Assembly: GCA_020850315.1 (NCBI GenBank)
Contig: JADZEY010000108.1
Span: 40,005-104,004 of the forward strand
DNA: 64,000 nucleotides
Reading direction: 5' to 3'
DNA from: Armatimonadota bacterium
GTDB taxonomy: Bacteria > Bacteroidota > Ignavibacteria > OLB7
The number at the start of each line of letters is the position of its first letter. Positions within the stretch are counted from its first letter, which is position 1. The position numbers and the translations under genes were made by a program. The notes below the pieces were generated by a model. The model saw only the letters and a list, made by a program, of their open reading frames with translations. It had not been told where the DNA came from and did no database searches. Below, one piece after another: positions 39,529 through 47,631 of the stretch.

Positions 39529-39562
39529 TGGGGAGCCTCTCCTGATGTGGAAAGGCTCCCCA
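39529..39562. terminator. Hairpin between convergent genes
   Basis: TGGGGAGCCT...AGGCTCCCCA. Confidence 0.55.
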
Positions 39563-39593
39563 TGGTGTATTCGATTCGCTTGTTGTTGGCGGC

Positions 39594-42011
39594 TTAGTGT
39601 GCCACTGTCATCTTGGTTGCGCTTACTCCATCGGCGGTGCGGAGCGTGACGACGTACATCCCGGAGGCCGTGCCTGCAAGATCAATCACCACGCTGTTTG
39701 CGCCGGCAACGGTGCTGATGGTTTGCTGCGTCACCACGCGGCCATCCAAGCTCAGCACGGTGATGTCGGCCTTGCTGCCGTTGGCCGCAAAGCTGATGCG
39801 TGCATCGCCCGTTACTGGATTTGGCATCACAGCAAGGGCCGCGGTGTTTGCCATTCCGGTTTCCACTCCGCTTGTTCCGCTCTGCTTCATATCCACTGCC
39901 GGAAGCTCGGCAACCTTCCCATCTTCCACGCTCACTTCCACGTTCTTTGCTCCATAGCCCACGCGGCTGATTGTCAGTTGCAAGGTTCCGTTTGGCAGGC
40001 CGCTTAGTTCGAACTCACCATTTTGGTTGGTGTAGGCTGCGCCCACTGGTTCCCCCTCTGCGGTTTTTGCCGTCACCAATGCGCCAGCGATTGGCTTGGC
40101 TCCGCCCAACTCAGCTCCATGCTTCACGGTGCGTCCGTTCCCTTCGGCCACTGTTCCGCGAATCCGTCCGGTTCCGTTCTTTTGGGCGTAGGTCAGCAAG
40201 GTGATTGTGCGGCCCGATGTGTTGGTGTTCTCATCCACGCTGATCTGGGTTGCATCACGCCAATCGGCCACGGCATCGGCACCTTCCTTGTAGTAACCGG
40301 GCAAGTACCGGAGCACTGTGTCGTTGCTGCTGCGGTAGTAGCTGTATGCCATCAGCACATACTCCCCTGCACTCAGGTCGCTAAGGGTGTAGTTTCCGGT
40401 TGCGGAATCAGTTTCGATAGTGCGGGTGCTCCAGTAGTTCATGGCGTTGTTGCTGGCGGTGATGCGGTACGCCACCACTGTTGCTTGCAACCCACTGCCG
40501 TCGCGGTTCTGCACCGTGCCACTGATGCTGTTGTTCAGCGGGGTGCGTTTTGGCAGCGCAAAGTTGATGGTGCGGTTGGCCGTAAGCGTCATCTGGGTGG
40601 CTTGGGTTGGGTCGCTGGTGTTGTCGAAGTAGATCGGAATCCAGCGGTCATCTTCCTGCAAACGCCCGCTCATTGCGGCTGCGCGCAGGGCCCAGTTGTA
40701 GCGGTCGGAAAGTTGGCCGAAGCTGTAGGTTGCTGCGGTCGTCCCCTGCTGCATTGCATAGTTGGTATAAACCAATGGATTACGGGCAGCTTGGTCCGGG
40801 GGAAGCTCGCGGTCGTAGCCAATGGCGGTGACAATGCCACTCAGCGGGTCGCCAGTTTCCAGATCGGTAACGGTTCCGCTGATGCTGAAGTAGCGTGCCG
40901 GTGCGCGCTTCTTCACTTCCATGCTCACGTTTAATGTCTCGGCGCAGGCAATGGTGATCTGTTGTGCGGCATCGCGGCTGTAGGCATTGTTGTACCACTC
41001 GGTCACGATGTTGCCATTACCATTGTTGTTGCTGGCACCCTGAACCGATAGCACGTAGGTCCCAGCATCGGCAACGAACTCATAGAAGCCCTGCGTGGTA
41101 AGCCTGTGGGTGGCGACCTGACGATACAGACCGCTCCCCACAACCTCTTCCAACGTCACAGCGACGTTCGTATCCAACGCTCCGCCTTGCTCATCGCTGA
41201 TGATTCCGGAAATAATCGCTGGGTTCTGGCAGGCGCGGATGCTGATTGTTAAGTAGCAGAACGCTTGCACCGATGGGTCATCCAGCAAATATGCCTCGAT
41301 ACCTAAGTGAGCTTGGCCGTAGGTTCCCTTTGCGGTTGGTGTCCAGGAAATGATGCCTGTTTCGGGGTCAATCGTGGCATTCACTGCATCGCCTAAGGTG
41401 TCGGGGGTGTTGGCTCCGCCCGAGGCGTAGGTAATCCGGTAGCGAACGGTTCCGCCATTGCTTGCCGTGGCGTTGATGTCGTAGCTGAAGGCTTGGCCCA
41501 CGATTGCTTGCGCACCAATCTGGTAGCCATTGCTGATGGTGATAGTTGGCGGTGCCGGGCGTGCATGGGCGAATGCTCGGTTGCTGGATGCACTTATCGC
41601 ACCGTTCGCGCCGTAGGCAACAACGTAGTAGGTGTAGTAGCCTTCTTCCACTTGGTCAGTGTGGCGGAAAAATCCGCCGTTGGGGCTTGCGCTGTCGCTG
41701 GCATCGGCGTAGGCCACGGTGGCCACCAATGCAAAGTCTAACCCGCCGGGGGTGTTGCTGGAATCCATCCCTTCGGCTCGGTAGATTTTGAACCCGTCGG
41801 GCAACGCGCTCATGCCCCCTTGGTTTTGCCGGAACCAGCTCCAGCTTAGGTAAACGCTGTAGCCACTGTTTGCTTGGCTCACTTCTGCCGAAAGTCGCTG
41901 CGGCGCGCTGAAGGGGGATTGCGCAAGCACTGTTGTGCCGGCCACCACCATCAGTGCCATCAACGCCAACGCACGCTGCCAGAGTGTTCTGCTGTTGGTA
42001 CGCATCATCAT
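39594..42011 (-). CDS. T9SS cargo protein with FN3-like, cadherin/He_PIG-like and repeated carboxypeptidase-regulatory-like domains
   Basis: Signal peptide; GFKIYR...YYVVAY (FN3-like); IDPETGIISWTP; repeated ISGTV...G.Y modules; VMPNPV...SGMYVVTL CTD. Confidence 0.85.
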   Translation of the reverse strand: MMMRTNSRTLWQRALALMALMVVAGTTVLAQSPFSAPQRLSAEVSQANSGYSVYLSWSWFRQNQGGMSALPDGFKIYRAEGMDSSNTPGGLDFALVATVAYADASDSASPNGGFFRHTDQVEEGYYTYYVVAYGANGAISASSNRAFAHARPAPPTITISNGYQIGAQAIVGQAFSYDINATASNGGTVRYRITYASGGANTPDTLGDAVNATIDPETGIISWTPTAKGTYGQAHLGIEAYLLDDPSVQAFCYLTISIRACQNPAIISGIISDEQGGALDTNVAVTLEEVVGSGLYRQVATHRLTTQGFYEFVADAGTYVLSVQGASNNNGNGNIVTEWYNNAYSRDAAQQITIACAETLNVSMEVKKRAPARYFSISGTVTDLETGDPLSGIVTAIGYDRELPPDQAARNPLVYTNYAMQQGTTAATYSFGQLSDRYNWALRAAAMSGRLQEDDRWIPIYFDNTSDPTQATQMTLTANRTINFALPKRTPLNNSISGTVQNRDGSGLQATVVAYRITASNNAMNYWSTRTIETDSATGNYTLSDLSAGEYVLMAYSYYRSSNDTVLRYLPGYYKEGADAVADWRDATQISVDENTNTSGRTITLLTYAQKNGTGRIRGTVAEGNGRTVKHGAELGGAKPIAGALVTAKTAEGEPVGAAYTNQNGEFELSGLPNGTLQLTISRVGYGAKNVEVSVEDGKVAELPAVDMKQSGTSGVETGMANTAALAVMPNPVTGDARISFAANGSKADITVLSLDGRVVTQQTISTVAGANSVVIDLAGTASGMYVVTLRTADGVSATKMTVAH

Positions 42012-42195
42012 TGCTCCATCTGAAGGTTAAGTATGTGAAGTTTATCAATCGGGAGTTTGTTGTCGGTTGTTAGGAGAGGAAGAATGGGCCGGGTTGATAG
42101 ATATTCGCCGTGCCAAAGGCCTGCAGTGCCGTGTGACCCGATCGATTGTGATTAGGCACTGCAAGCCTTGGCGGGCGAATCTCTCTCTCTTATTG

Positions 42196-42350
42196 ACTCA
42201 CCTTACGCGGAATCATGCTGGAGCTTGTTGATTGCAGTATCTGGGTGTTCCATCTGACAACACCCTCCGCTCATGCTGAGCCCCGTCGAAGTATGAGTGG
42301 AGCCACTGAACGGCCAACTGTTCACTATCCAAATTCTGCGTAAGGTGAGT
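42196..42350. mobile_element. 155-bp MITE, copy 2
   Basis: TIR ACTCACCTTACGCG...TGCGTAAGGTGAGT; 5-bp direct repeat TATTG at 42191-42195 and 42351-42355; gap-free alignment to copy 1 with about 23 mismatches (hand count). Confidence 0.85.
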
Positions 42351-42356
42351 TATTGA

Positions 42357-43133
42357 TTATTGCGGTTTTGCTGGCTGTTTCAAATCAATGTTGATCCCAA
42401 CATTGATGGAATCCGGCTTTGCTATTGCAGGTAGAGGGTTGGCCGAGGACGCATCCGTTGCCACCGCTGCGGAGTTTGCTGTCGCCGCTTGATGGCTCCC
42501 GTCATGCCCCCGTGCTTCTTTCTGCTTGGCTATGTTCCCAGCCGAGCGGTTTGTTGTTGTGGTTGCTGGCGTGGGTGCGTTGCGCACAGCATTGCCCACC
42601 GTGTTGCTGGCTTCGCCTGGTTGGGTGATTGCCGCGCCTGCGGGCGCAGTTGTGGCGTGCGGTTGGGTAGCACGTTCCGCTCCCCCATTGCGTTGTTGCG
42701 TGGTTGGTGGCGGGGTGGTTTGCACTGTTGCTGGTGCGGTGTCGGCGGGGATATTTTCGGTGCTTCCCCAGGGTTGCAGCATCACGGTTCCAATCGCAAT
42801 AATGCCCACGATGATTGCGGTGACGGATGGATGCGCAGCCACCGCACCAAGCACCCGCTCTACCATCATCCCCCCTTGCGTTGCCGCAGGCTCCATCACC
42901 GGTGCCGGCGATGAAGTCAGTGTGGCGGCAACCCGATTGCGGAGCGCGGCGTGGCCTGCGGTCAAGCCATCGCGATCTTTCCGCACCGCTGTTTCCACCA
43001 GTCGGTGGGCCTTCAATTCTTGACGCAGTTCCGGGTTCACAGCTGCGTTGATAAAGAAGGCTTCCTCCTCGGCTTGGGTCATCTGGCCGTTCATGTAGCG
43101 TTCTATCAGTCTATCTCTATCGGCGCGGATCAT
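42357..43133 (-). CDS. Putative anti-sigma factor
   Basis: ATG overlaps the ECF stop (ATGA); LIERYMNGQMT.AEE anti-sigma-like N-terminus, one TM, disordered P/T/A-rich tail. Confidence 0.7.
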   Translation of the reverse strand: MIRADRDRLIERYMNGQMTQAEEEAFFINAAVNPELRQELKAHRLVETAVRKDRDGLTAGHAALRNRVAATLTSSPAPVMEPAATQGGMMVERVLGAVAAHPSVTAIIVGIIAIGTVMLQPWGSTENIPADTAPATVQTTPPPTTQQRNGGAERATQPHATTAPAGAAITQPGEASNTVGNAVRNAPTPATTTTNRSAGNIAKQKEARGHDGSHQAATANSAAVATDASSANPLPAIAKPDSINVGINIDLKQPAKPQ

Positions 43134-43822
43134 TGTTCTTCCTCCTGAATCCCTTCGGTTGAGCCGTTTGGTTCGTTGCTGCGATTGTTGTTGTTCATCC
43201 AAGCGTCATCTATCTCAATCATTGCGGCCACCAGCCGCGCAAGCTGTGCCCGTGCCCGCCATGCTCGCGTCCGCACTGCCCCGACTTGTTCCCCCAGCAT
43301 CTCGGCAATCTCCTCGAAGCTGTAGCCGCTGTAGGCATGAAGGATCAGAACCTCACGTTGCTGGATTGGCAATCGGGGAAGCGCTTGCACCACAAGCTCC
43401 TCATGCTGGCTCATCTCACGGATGGAGGTGGTTGGATGTCGGCTTTCCGGAATCGCCTCCAGAGAAGCATGAGCCTTTGCGTCGCGGATGTTGTTTAAGC
43501 AAAGGTTGCGGGCGATTCGGTACAGCAGCGGTAGCAGTGGGGCTTGCTGCTCGGTTCCGCGAAGTCGTATCACCCGTTCCCAGATGTCGTGAACTAAATC
43601 TTCGGCGCGCTCGTGGTCGTTCACGAACTTCATGCAGTACAGGTACAGGCGGTGGGTGTGGCGGTCGAACATCTGCATGAATGCGGAATCATCCCCCCGC
43701 AAAAACCGCTGAAACAGCAACTGATCCTCGTTCGGTTCGGTTGTGGTGCTGGCCACCGCCACACTGCTATGATGGGCAGCAGGGCGTTTTTTAAGCATGA
43801 TATCGTTCGGCTGTTCGGTCAT
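43130..43822 (-). CDS. ECF RNA polymerase sigma factor
   Basis: Region 2 AEDLVHDIW...LYRIARNLCLN; region 4 LPIQQREVLIL...SFEEIAEML...VRTRAWRAR. Confidence 0.93.
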   Translation of the reverse strand: MTEQPNDIMLKKRPAAHHSSVAVASTTTEPNEDQLLFQRFLRGDDSAFMQMFDRHTHRLYLYCMKFVNDHERAEDLVHDIWERVIRLRGTEQQAPLLPLLYRIARNLCLNNIRDAKAHASLEAIPESRHPTTSIREMSQHEELVVQALPRLPIQQREVLILHAYSGYSFEEIAEMLGEQVGAVRTRAWRARAQLARLVAAMIEIDDAWMNNNNRSNEPNGSTEGIQEEEQ

Positions 43823-43934
43823 GGTTCAATGCTTCTTGAAGGGGATAACACAACTGATTGGGAAACATCACACAGGAAGGAAGCAGCCGAATTTTTTTGT
43901 GTGGTGGGGATGAAGCATCTTCAAAGGGTGAGTA

Positions 43935-43950
43935 ACTGACCTTACGCACA
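43935..43950. mobile_element. Solo MITE terminal inverted repeat (remnant)
   Basis: ACTGACCTTACGCACA is identical to the first 16 nt of MITE copy 1; no matching body or partner end follows. Confidence 0.5.
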
Positions 43951-44063
43951 CGCCGTCTCCTTACCCCGTGAGTCGCCGTCAACCCAGCATTCGGTTAGCG
44001 TTGCGTTTGCTGCTCAGTTCCGCGAAGGCGTATCACCGGTTCTCAGGTGTTGTGAATCGGCAG

Positions 44064-45245
44064 CTACTGCGTGGGCGTTGGGGAAGGGGTGTTTCGAACA
44101 ATCCAAAGCAGGGTGAAGCTCAGAATAGAGGTTGTTGTAGCGGTAATCAACAACGGCGTGGTGCCGTCAACGATTGTCCAGATTGCGCCTGTCCATCCGC
44201 TGGCAACCATGGCTGCAATGCTAGTAAGTGCGGTCTGCAAGCCAATGGCCAAACCACGCCGCTCGTTCGGGACAAGATCACTAATCCACGCTTTGCTTAC
44301 CCCTTCGGTCATGGCTGCGTACAGGCCATACAGACCGAACATCACCCAAATCATTTCGTGGTTGGTGAACAGTGCGAAGCCGCAATACACGAAGGCGAAG
44401 ATGAGCATTCCGGCCACCATTGTTTTGCCGCGCCCTATCCGATCGGACAACCGCCCTGCGGGATACGCTGCTAACGCAAATACTGCATTGTAGCCAATGT
44501 ACCCACCAATGGCAGCAACATCGCTGAAGCCAAGCTGGCGCGAGCGGATAATCAAGAACACATCGCTGGAATTGACCAACGCAAACCCAGTGAGCAGTAG
44601 TAGCAGCCGCCGATACGGAACAGGGGCTTCGCGCCAGAACCGAAGCGACTCCGCTACTCCCGGTTTTTTCACAGCGGGGGTGAACGGGGCTTCCTTCACC
44701 AGCAGGGTCATTCCGGCAGCAGCAACCGCCGGGATTGCGGCCAGCAGAAATAGGGTAGAGTAATCGCCGGGATGGAGGGAGAGATAGAGTAAGGCAATCA
44801 CGGGGCCAAGTGCTGCGCCGGCAGTATCCATTCCACGATGCAGCCCAAACGCAGCTCCGCGATTGTCGGGGGTGGTGTGCCCGGCTATCAGCGCGTCGCG
44901 CGGTGCGGTGCGTATCCCCTTGCCAATCCGGTCCAGAACGCGCGCGCCCAACACACCACCCACCGATGCCGATAGCGCAGGAATCGGCTTGCTAATGGCC
45001 GCAAGCCCGTAGCCCAACGCGACAAATGGGCGGCGTTTGCCGGCCGCATCGCTCAGCATCCCAAAGTATCCTTTCCCCAGCCCTGCGATTGCTTCGGCTA
45101 TCCCTTCAATCACTCCTAACCACGCCATGGATGCACCAAGAGTTGTGGTCAGGAAAATGGGGGCAATTGGATAGAGCATCTCGCTGGCCATATCCATGAA
45201 CAGCGAAACCAAACCCAGAAGAAGAACCGCACGCGGAAGTCGCAT
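44064..45245 (-). CDS. MFS transporter
   Basis: Start ATG 45245; LGLVSLFMDMASEM, GMLSDAAGKRR, GRLSDRIGRGK motif A; about 12 TMs. Confidence 0.92.
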   Translation of the reverse strand: MRLPRAVLLLGLVSLFMDMASEMLYPIAPIFLTTTLGASMAWLGVIEGIAEAIAGLGKGYFGMLSDAAGKRRPFVALGYGLAAISKPIPALSASVGGVLGARVLDRIGKGIRTAPRDALIAGHTTPDNRGAAFGLHRGMDTAGAALGPVIALLYLSLHPGDYSTLFLLAAIPAVAAAGMTLLVKEAPFTPAVKKPGVAESLRFWREAPVPYRRLLLLLTGFALVNSSDVFLIIRSRQLGFSDVAAIGGYIGYNAVFALAAYPAGRLSDRIGRGKTMVAGMLIFAFVYCGFALFTNHEMIWVMFGLYGLYAAMTEGVSKAWISDLVPNERRGLAIGLQTALTSIAAMVASGWTGAIWTIVDGTTPLLITATTTSILSFTLLWIVRNTPSPTPTQ

Positions 45246-45257
45246 GGAAACCAATGT

Positions 45258-45302
45258 GTTGGCTGCGTTGATGTTGGCTGTGTTGATGTTGGCTACGTTG
45301 AG
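45258..45302. repeat. 15-bp tandem repeat x3
   Basis: GTTGGCTGCGTTGAT / GTTGGCTGTGTTGAT / GTTGGCTACGTTGAG. Confidence 0.7.
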
Positions 45303-45310
45303 ATCAACGC

Positions 45311-47254
45311 TTACTCCACTATCACCGTCGCCACTTTCTGCTCTGCATCGGTGGTAAACAGAACGAACCACTGGCCCGCTGCAAGCCCTGCGGTTTCGAT
45401 AGTGCAGCGATGCGGCCCGGCTGTCCAGCTGCCATCGGGGATTATGGTGCGGGTTGCGCCAGCTGCGTCAACAATCACCAGCTTCCCCCGTGCGGGGGAT
45501 TGCAGCGTGAAGCTCACCGTAACCGTGCTGCTTGCTGGGTTTGGAAATACCTCCATCCCATGCTCCACCACCTTGCTTGCCGGATTGCTTTCAACACCCG
45601 AGGCCAGCATCCGCCCGGGGATACTCAGAACCGATGGAGTTTCCGCATGGTGGCCGATACGTATCTGGGCGATCAGCGTATCCCCGGCTTGGTACAGCGG
45701 GCCGCCGGTGTTCGGGTTCAGGTCGTAGCGGGGGAAGTTGCTTCCGGTAAGAACGATCCGAAGTTGATGCCCTTTCAGGAACGTTGTGGCAAGATTCTGC
45801 AGCTGAATAGTCACCGGATAAAATTGCCCCGGCTGAATGGCCGATGTATCCGCCGGGCGATAGCCATCGCGGAAACGCATCCGCCGAATGGTCTGCGCCA
45901 GCAGCACCGAGCGCCCGTCGGGATAAACATCCGTCAGCCGAAGTGAGAGATCGGTATCGGTGCGGTCGGCAGCCACGTAGGCTTGCAGCGTGATGGCACC
46001 TGTCACCTCCAGATCGCCCCCAAGCACCGGAGTGGTGAACGTTATCGCGTCGGCTCTGGACTCCACTGGGCGTTGGTCTTGTGGTCCTTTTAGGGCATCC
46101 ACCGTTGGCAACACCAGCCGCCCCCCGCCTATCGTCGGCGATGGGTCGCGTGGGTTGTAGGGGAAGGTTGAGCTTGCGATAACTGTGTCGTTGCTGCCGG
46201 GAACATCGGGGCGAAGTGTCCTGTCCATGTGAAGGTACAGCCGCACGGTGTCGGCAGCTTGGGCCACCGCTCCCCAGCTTTCGGCGGTGTGCCATTTGTT
46301 CTCCCCCATTTGGTAATAACTGACATTCGGGGTGGCTGTTTGGCCATTTTCGATGCCGCGCAAGTAGTGGTCAAAAAAACGTAGCGCGGCGGGGCCGGCA
46401 ACATCGGTAGCGTTCGGCGGGAAGGTGAGTATCCCTTGTGTGGCTTTATCAACTCCATCGTGCGTCCATGGCCCCATAATCAGCCGATGAGCGTTGCGGA
46501 CTGTGAGCGCGCCACGCTGGCGCAGATCGGAAAACGCCCGCATGATGTCATCGGGGAAATGATCGAACCAACCGCTGATAAGAAGCATTGGCACCGTGAA
46601 GGAATCGGGTTCATCGCTGGCGCGTTCGGCAGCCATCCATGTTAGATCATTGGTTGGGTGTGCCAGCACCAGTGCAGTTGGCGTAAATCCCAACGCCTGC
46701 AACGTCTCCGAATGCTCTTTCCGATAGACCCCGCCCTCGTAGTAATCGCCATACTTTGTCTTGAAATCTTTCACCAGTGGCACGGCACACACCAAGTGCG
46801 GAGGGTGATGCTTTGCCGTCATAAACTGAATAGCCCCCAATGCCGACAGCCCCCATGTTCCCACCTTGCCGTTGCACCACGGTTGCGTTGCAATCCACTC
46901 CACAGCATCGTAGCCATCAAGCCCGCGATCGTAACCAGTAACCGCCGCATCCTTGCTGCCATAAAAGCCACGCCAATCTACCGTGACGTAGTTGTAGTGC
47001 GCGCTGTCGTAGGGAAACGATGTCCCCCCAGCCTGCGAGGGGATAGAGAGCGAAAGCCGATAGAAATTTTTGTTGTACGGCGTTTGAATCAGGATAACTG
47101 GTTTGGCTGTTGTGAGATTGTTGGCGTACAGGTCCGCGGCCAACATCTTCCCATCGCGGGTTGGGACTTGAATGGGGGTGTAAGGGCGTTCAGGTTGTGC
47201 AGCCAAGAAGGCCGCAGGAAGGAGCAACAGGAAGGCTAAGAGTAAGCTGTTCAT
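45311..47254 (-). CDS. CocE/NonD family serine hydrolase with T9SS CTD
   Basis: TRDGKMLAADLY, QTPY, DWRGFYGS, WGLSALG nucleophile elbow, MGPWTH, PepX-like C-terminal domain, VFPNPA CTD. Confidence 0.92.
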   Translation of the reverse strand: MNSLLLAFLLLLPAAFLAAQPERPYTPIQVPTRDGKMLAADLYANNLTTAKPVILIQTPYNKNFYRLSLSIPSQAGGTSFPYDSAHYNYVTVDWRGFYGSKDAAVTGYDRGLDGYDAVEWIATQPWCNGKVGTWGLSALGAIQFMTAKHHPPHLVCAVPLVKDFKTKYGDYYEGGVYRKEHSETLQALGFTPTALVLAHPTNDLTWMAAERASDEPDSFTVPMLLISGWFDHFPDDIMRAFSDLRQRGALTVRNAHRLIMGPWTHDGVDKATQGILTFPPNATDVAGPAALRFFDHYLRGIENGQTATPNVSYYQMGENKWHTAESWGAVAQAADTVRLYLHMDRTLRPDVPGSNDTVIASSTFPYNPRDPSPTIGGGRLVLPTVDALKGPQDQRPVESRADAITFTTPVLGGDLEVTGAITLQAYVAADRTDTDLSLRLTDVYPDGRSVLLAQTIRRMRFRDGYRPADTSAIQPGQFYPVTIQLQNLATTFLKGHQLRIVLTGSNFPRYDLNPNTGGPLYQAGDTLIAQIRIGHHAETPSVLSIPGRMLASGVESNPASKVVEHGMEVFPNPASSTVTVSFTLQSPARGKLVIVDAAGATRTIIPDGSWTAGPHRCTIETAGLAAGQWFVLFTTDAEQKVATVIVE

Positions 47255-47298
47255 CGTGTCACCGTGGTTGTTTAGGCTTGATGGAAGTAGCTACTGGG

Positions 47299-47306
47299 CA
47301 AAAGTA
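47299..47306 (-). promoter_or_regulatory. TAnnTTTG-type (-7) promoter element for the CocE gene
   Basis: Minus-strand TACTTTTG(CC), 45 nt upstream of the ATG; exact match to the Bacteroidota sigmaA -7 consensus. Confidence 0.45.
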
Positions 47307-47417
47307 GAAAGAAGATGGAGACAGCGGGGTAAGGCTGCGTTCCCTCCAAAAAATTCTTTTCTACTGCTGGTGATTGATGCTTTTACTTGGTAGCTCCGAT
47401 GCGATTTGGCAGTATAT

Positions 47418-47450
47418 TGTAGGCCGATTGTTAGGCCAATGTTAGGCCAA
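47418..47450. repeat. 11-bp tandem repeat x3 in a divergent promoter region
   Basis: TGTAGGCCGAT TGTTAGGCCAA TGTTAGGCCAA. Confidence 0.65.
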
Positions 47451-47510
47451 GCATAGTTGGCAAGTCTTGGTTCCCCTGTGTGTTCCATCGTTCGCACACT
47501 GAAAGTTCTC

Positions 47511-47531
47511 CTCTCTCTCTCTCTCTCTCTC
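47511..47531. repeat. (CT)10 microsatellite
   Basis: Uninterrupted CT run 100 nt upstream of ATG 47632. Confidence 0.85.
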
Positions 47532-47631
47532 GTAATTCTGGCATAAACACGTTACGGCATACGCGCTGCATCGGTGCAGCGTGTGGATGCCACACTTTCA
47601 CTGAATAGATTCCGTAGGAGGAAGCCCCCTC

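Noticed and set aside
45258-45302. Possible mini-CRISPR from the 15-bp repeats (also considered for 47418-47450 and 35556-35780)
   Set aside because: Repeats are contiguous or palindromic without unique spacers; no cas genes in the window.
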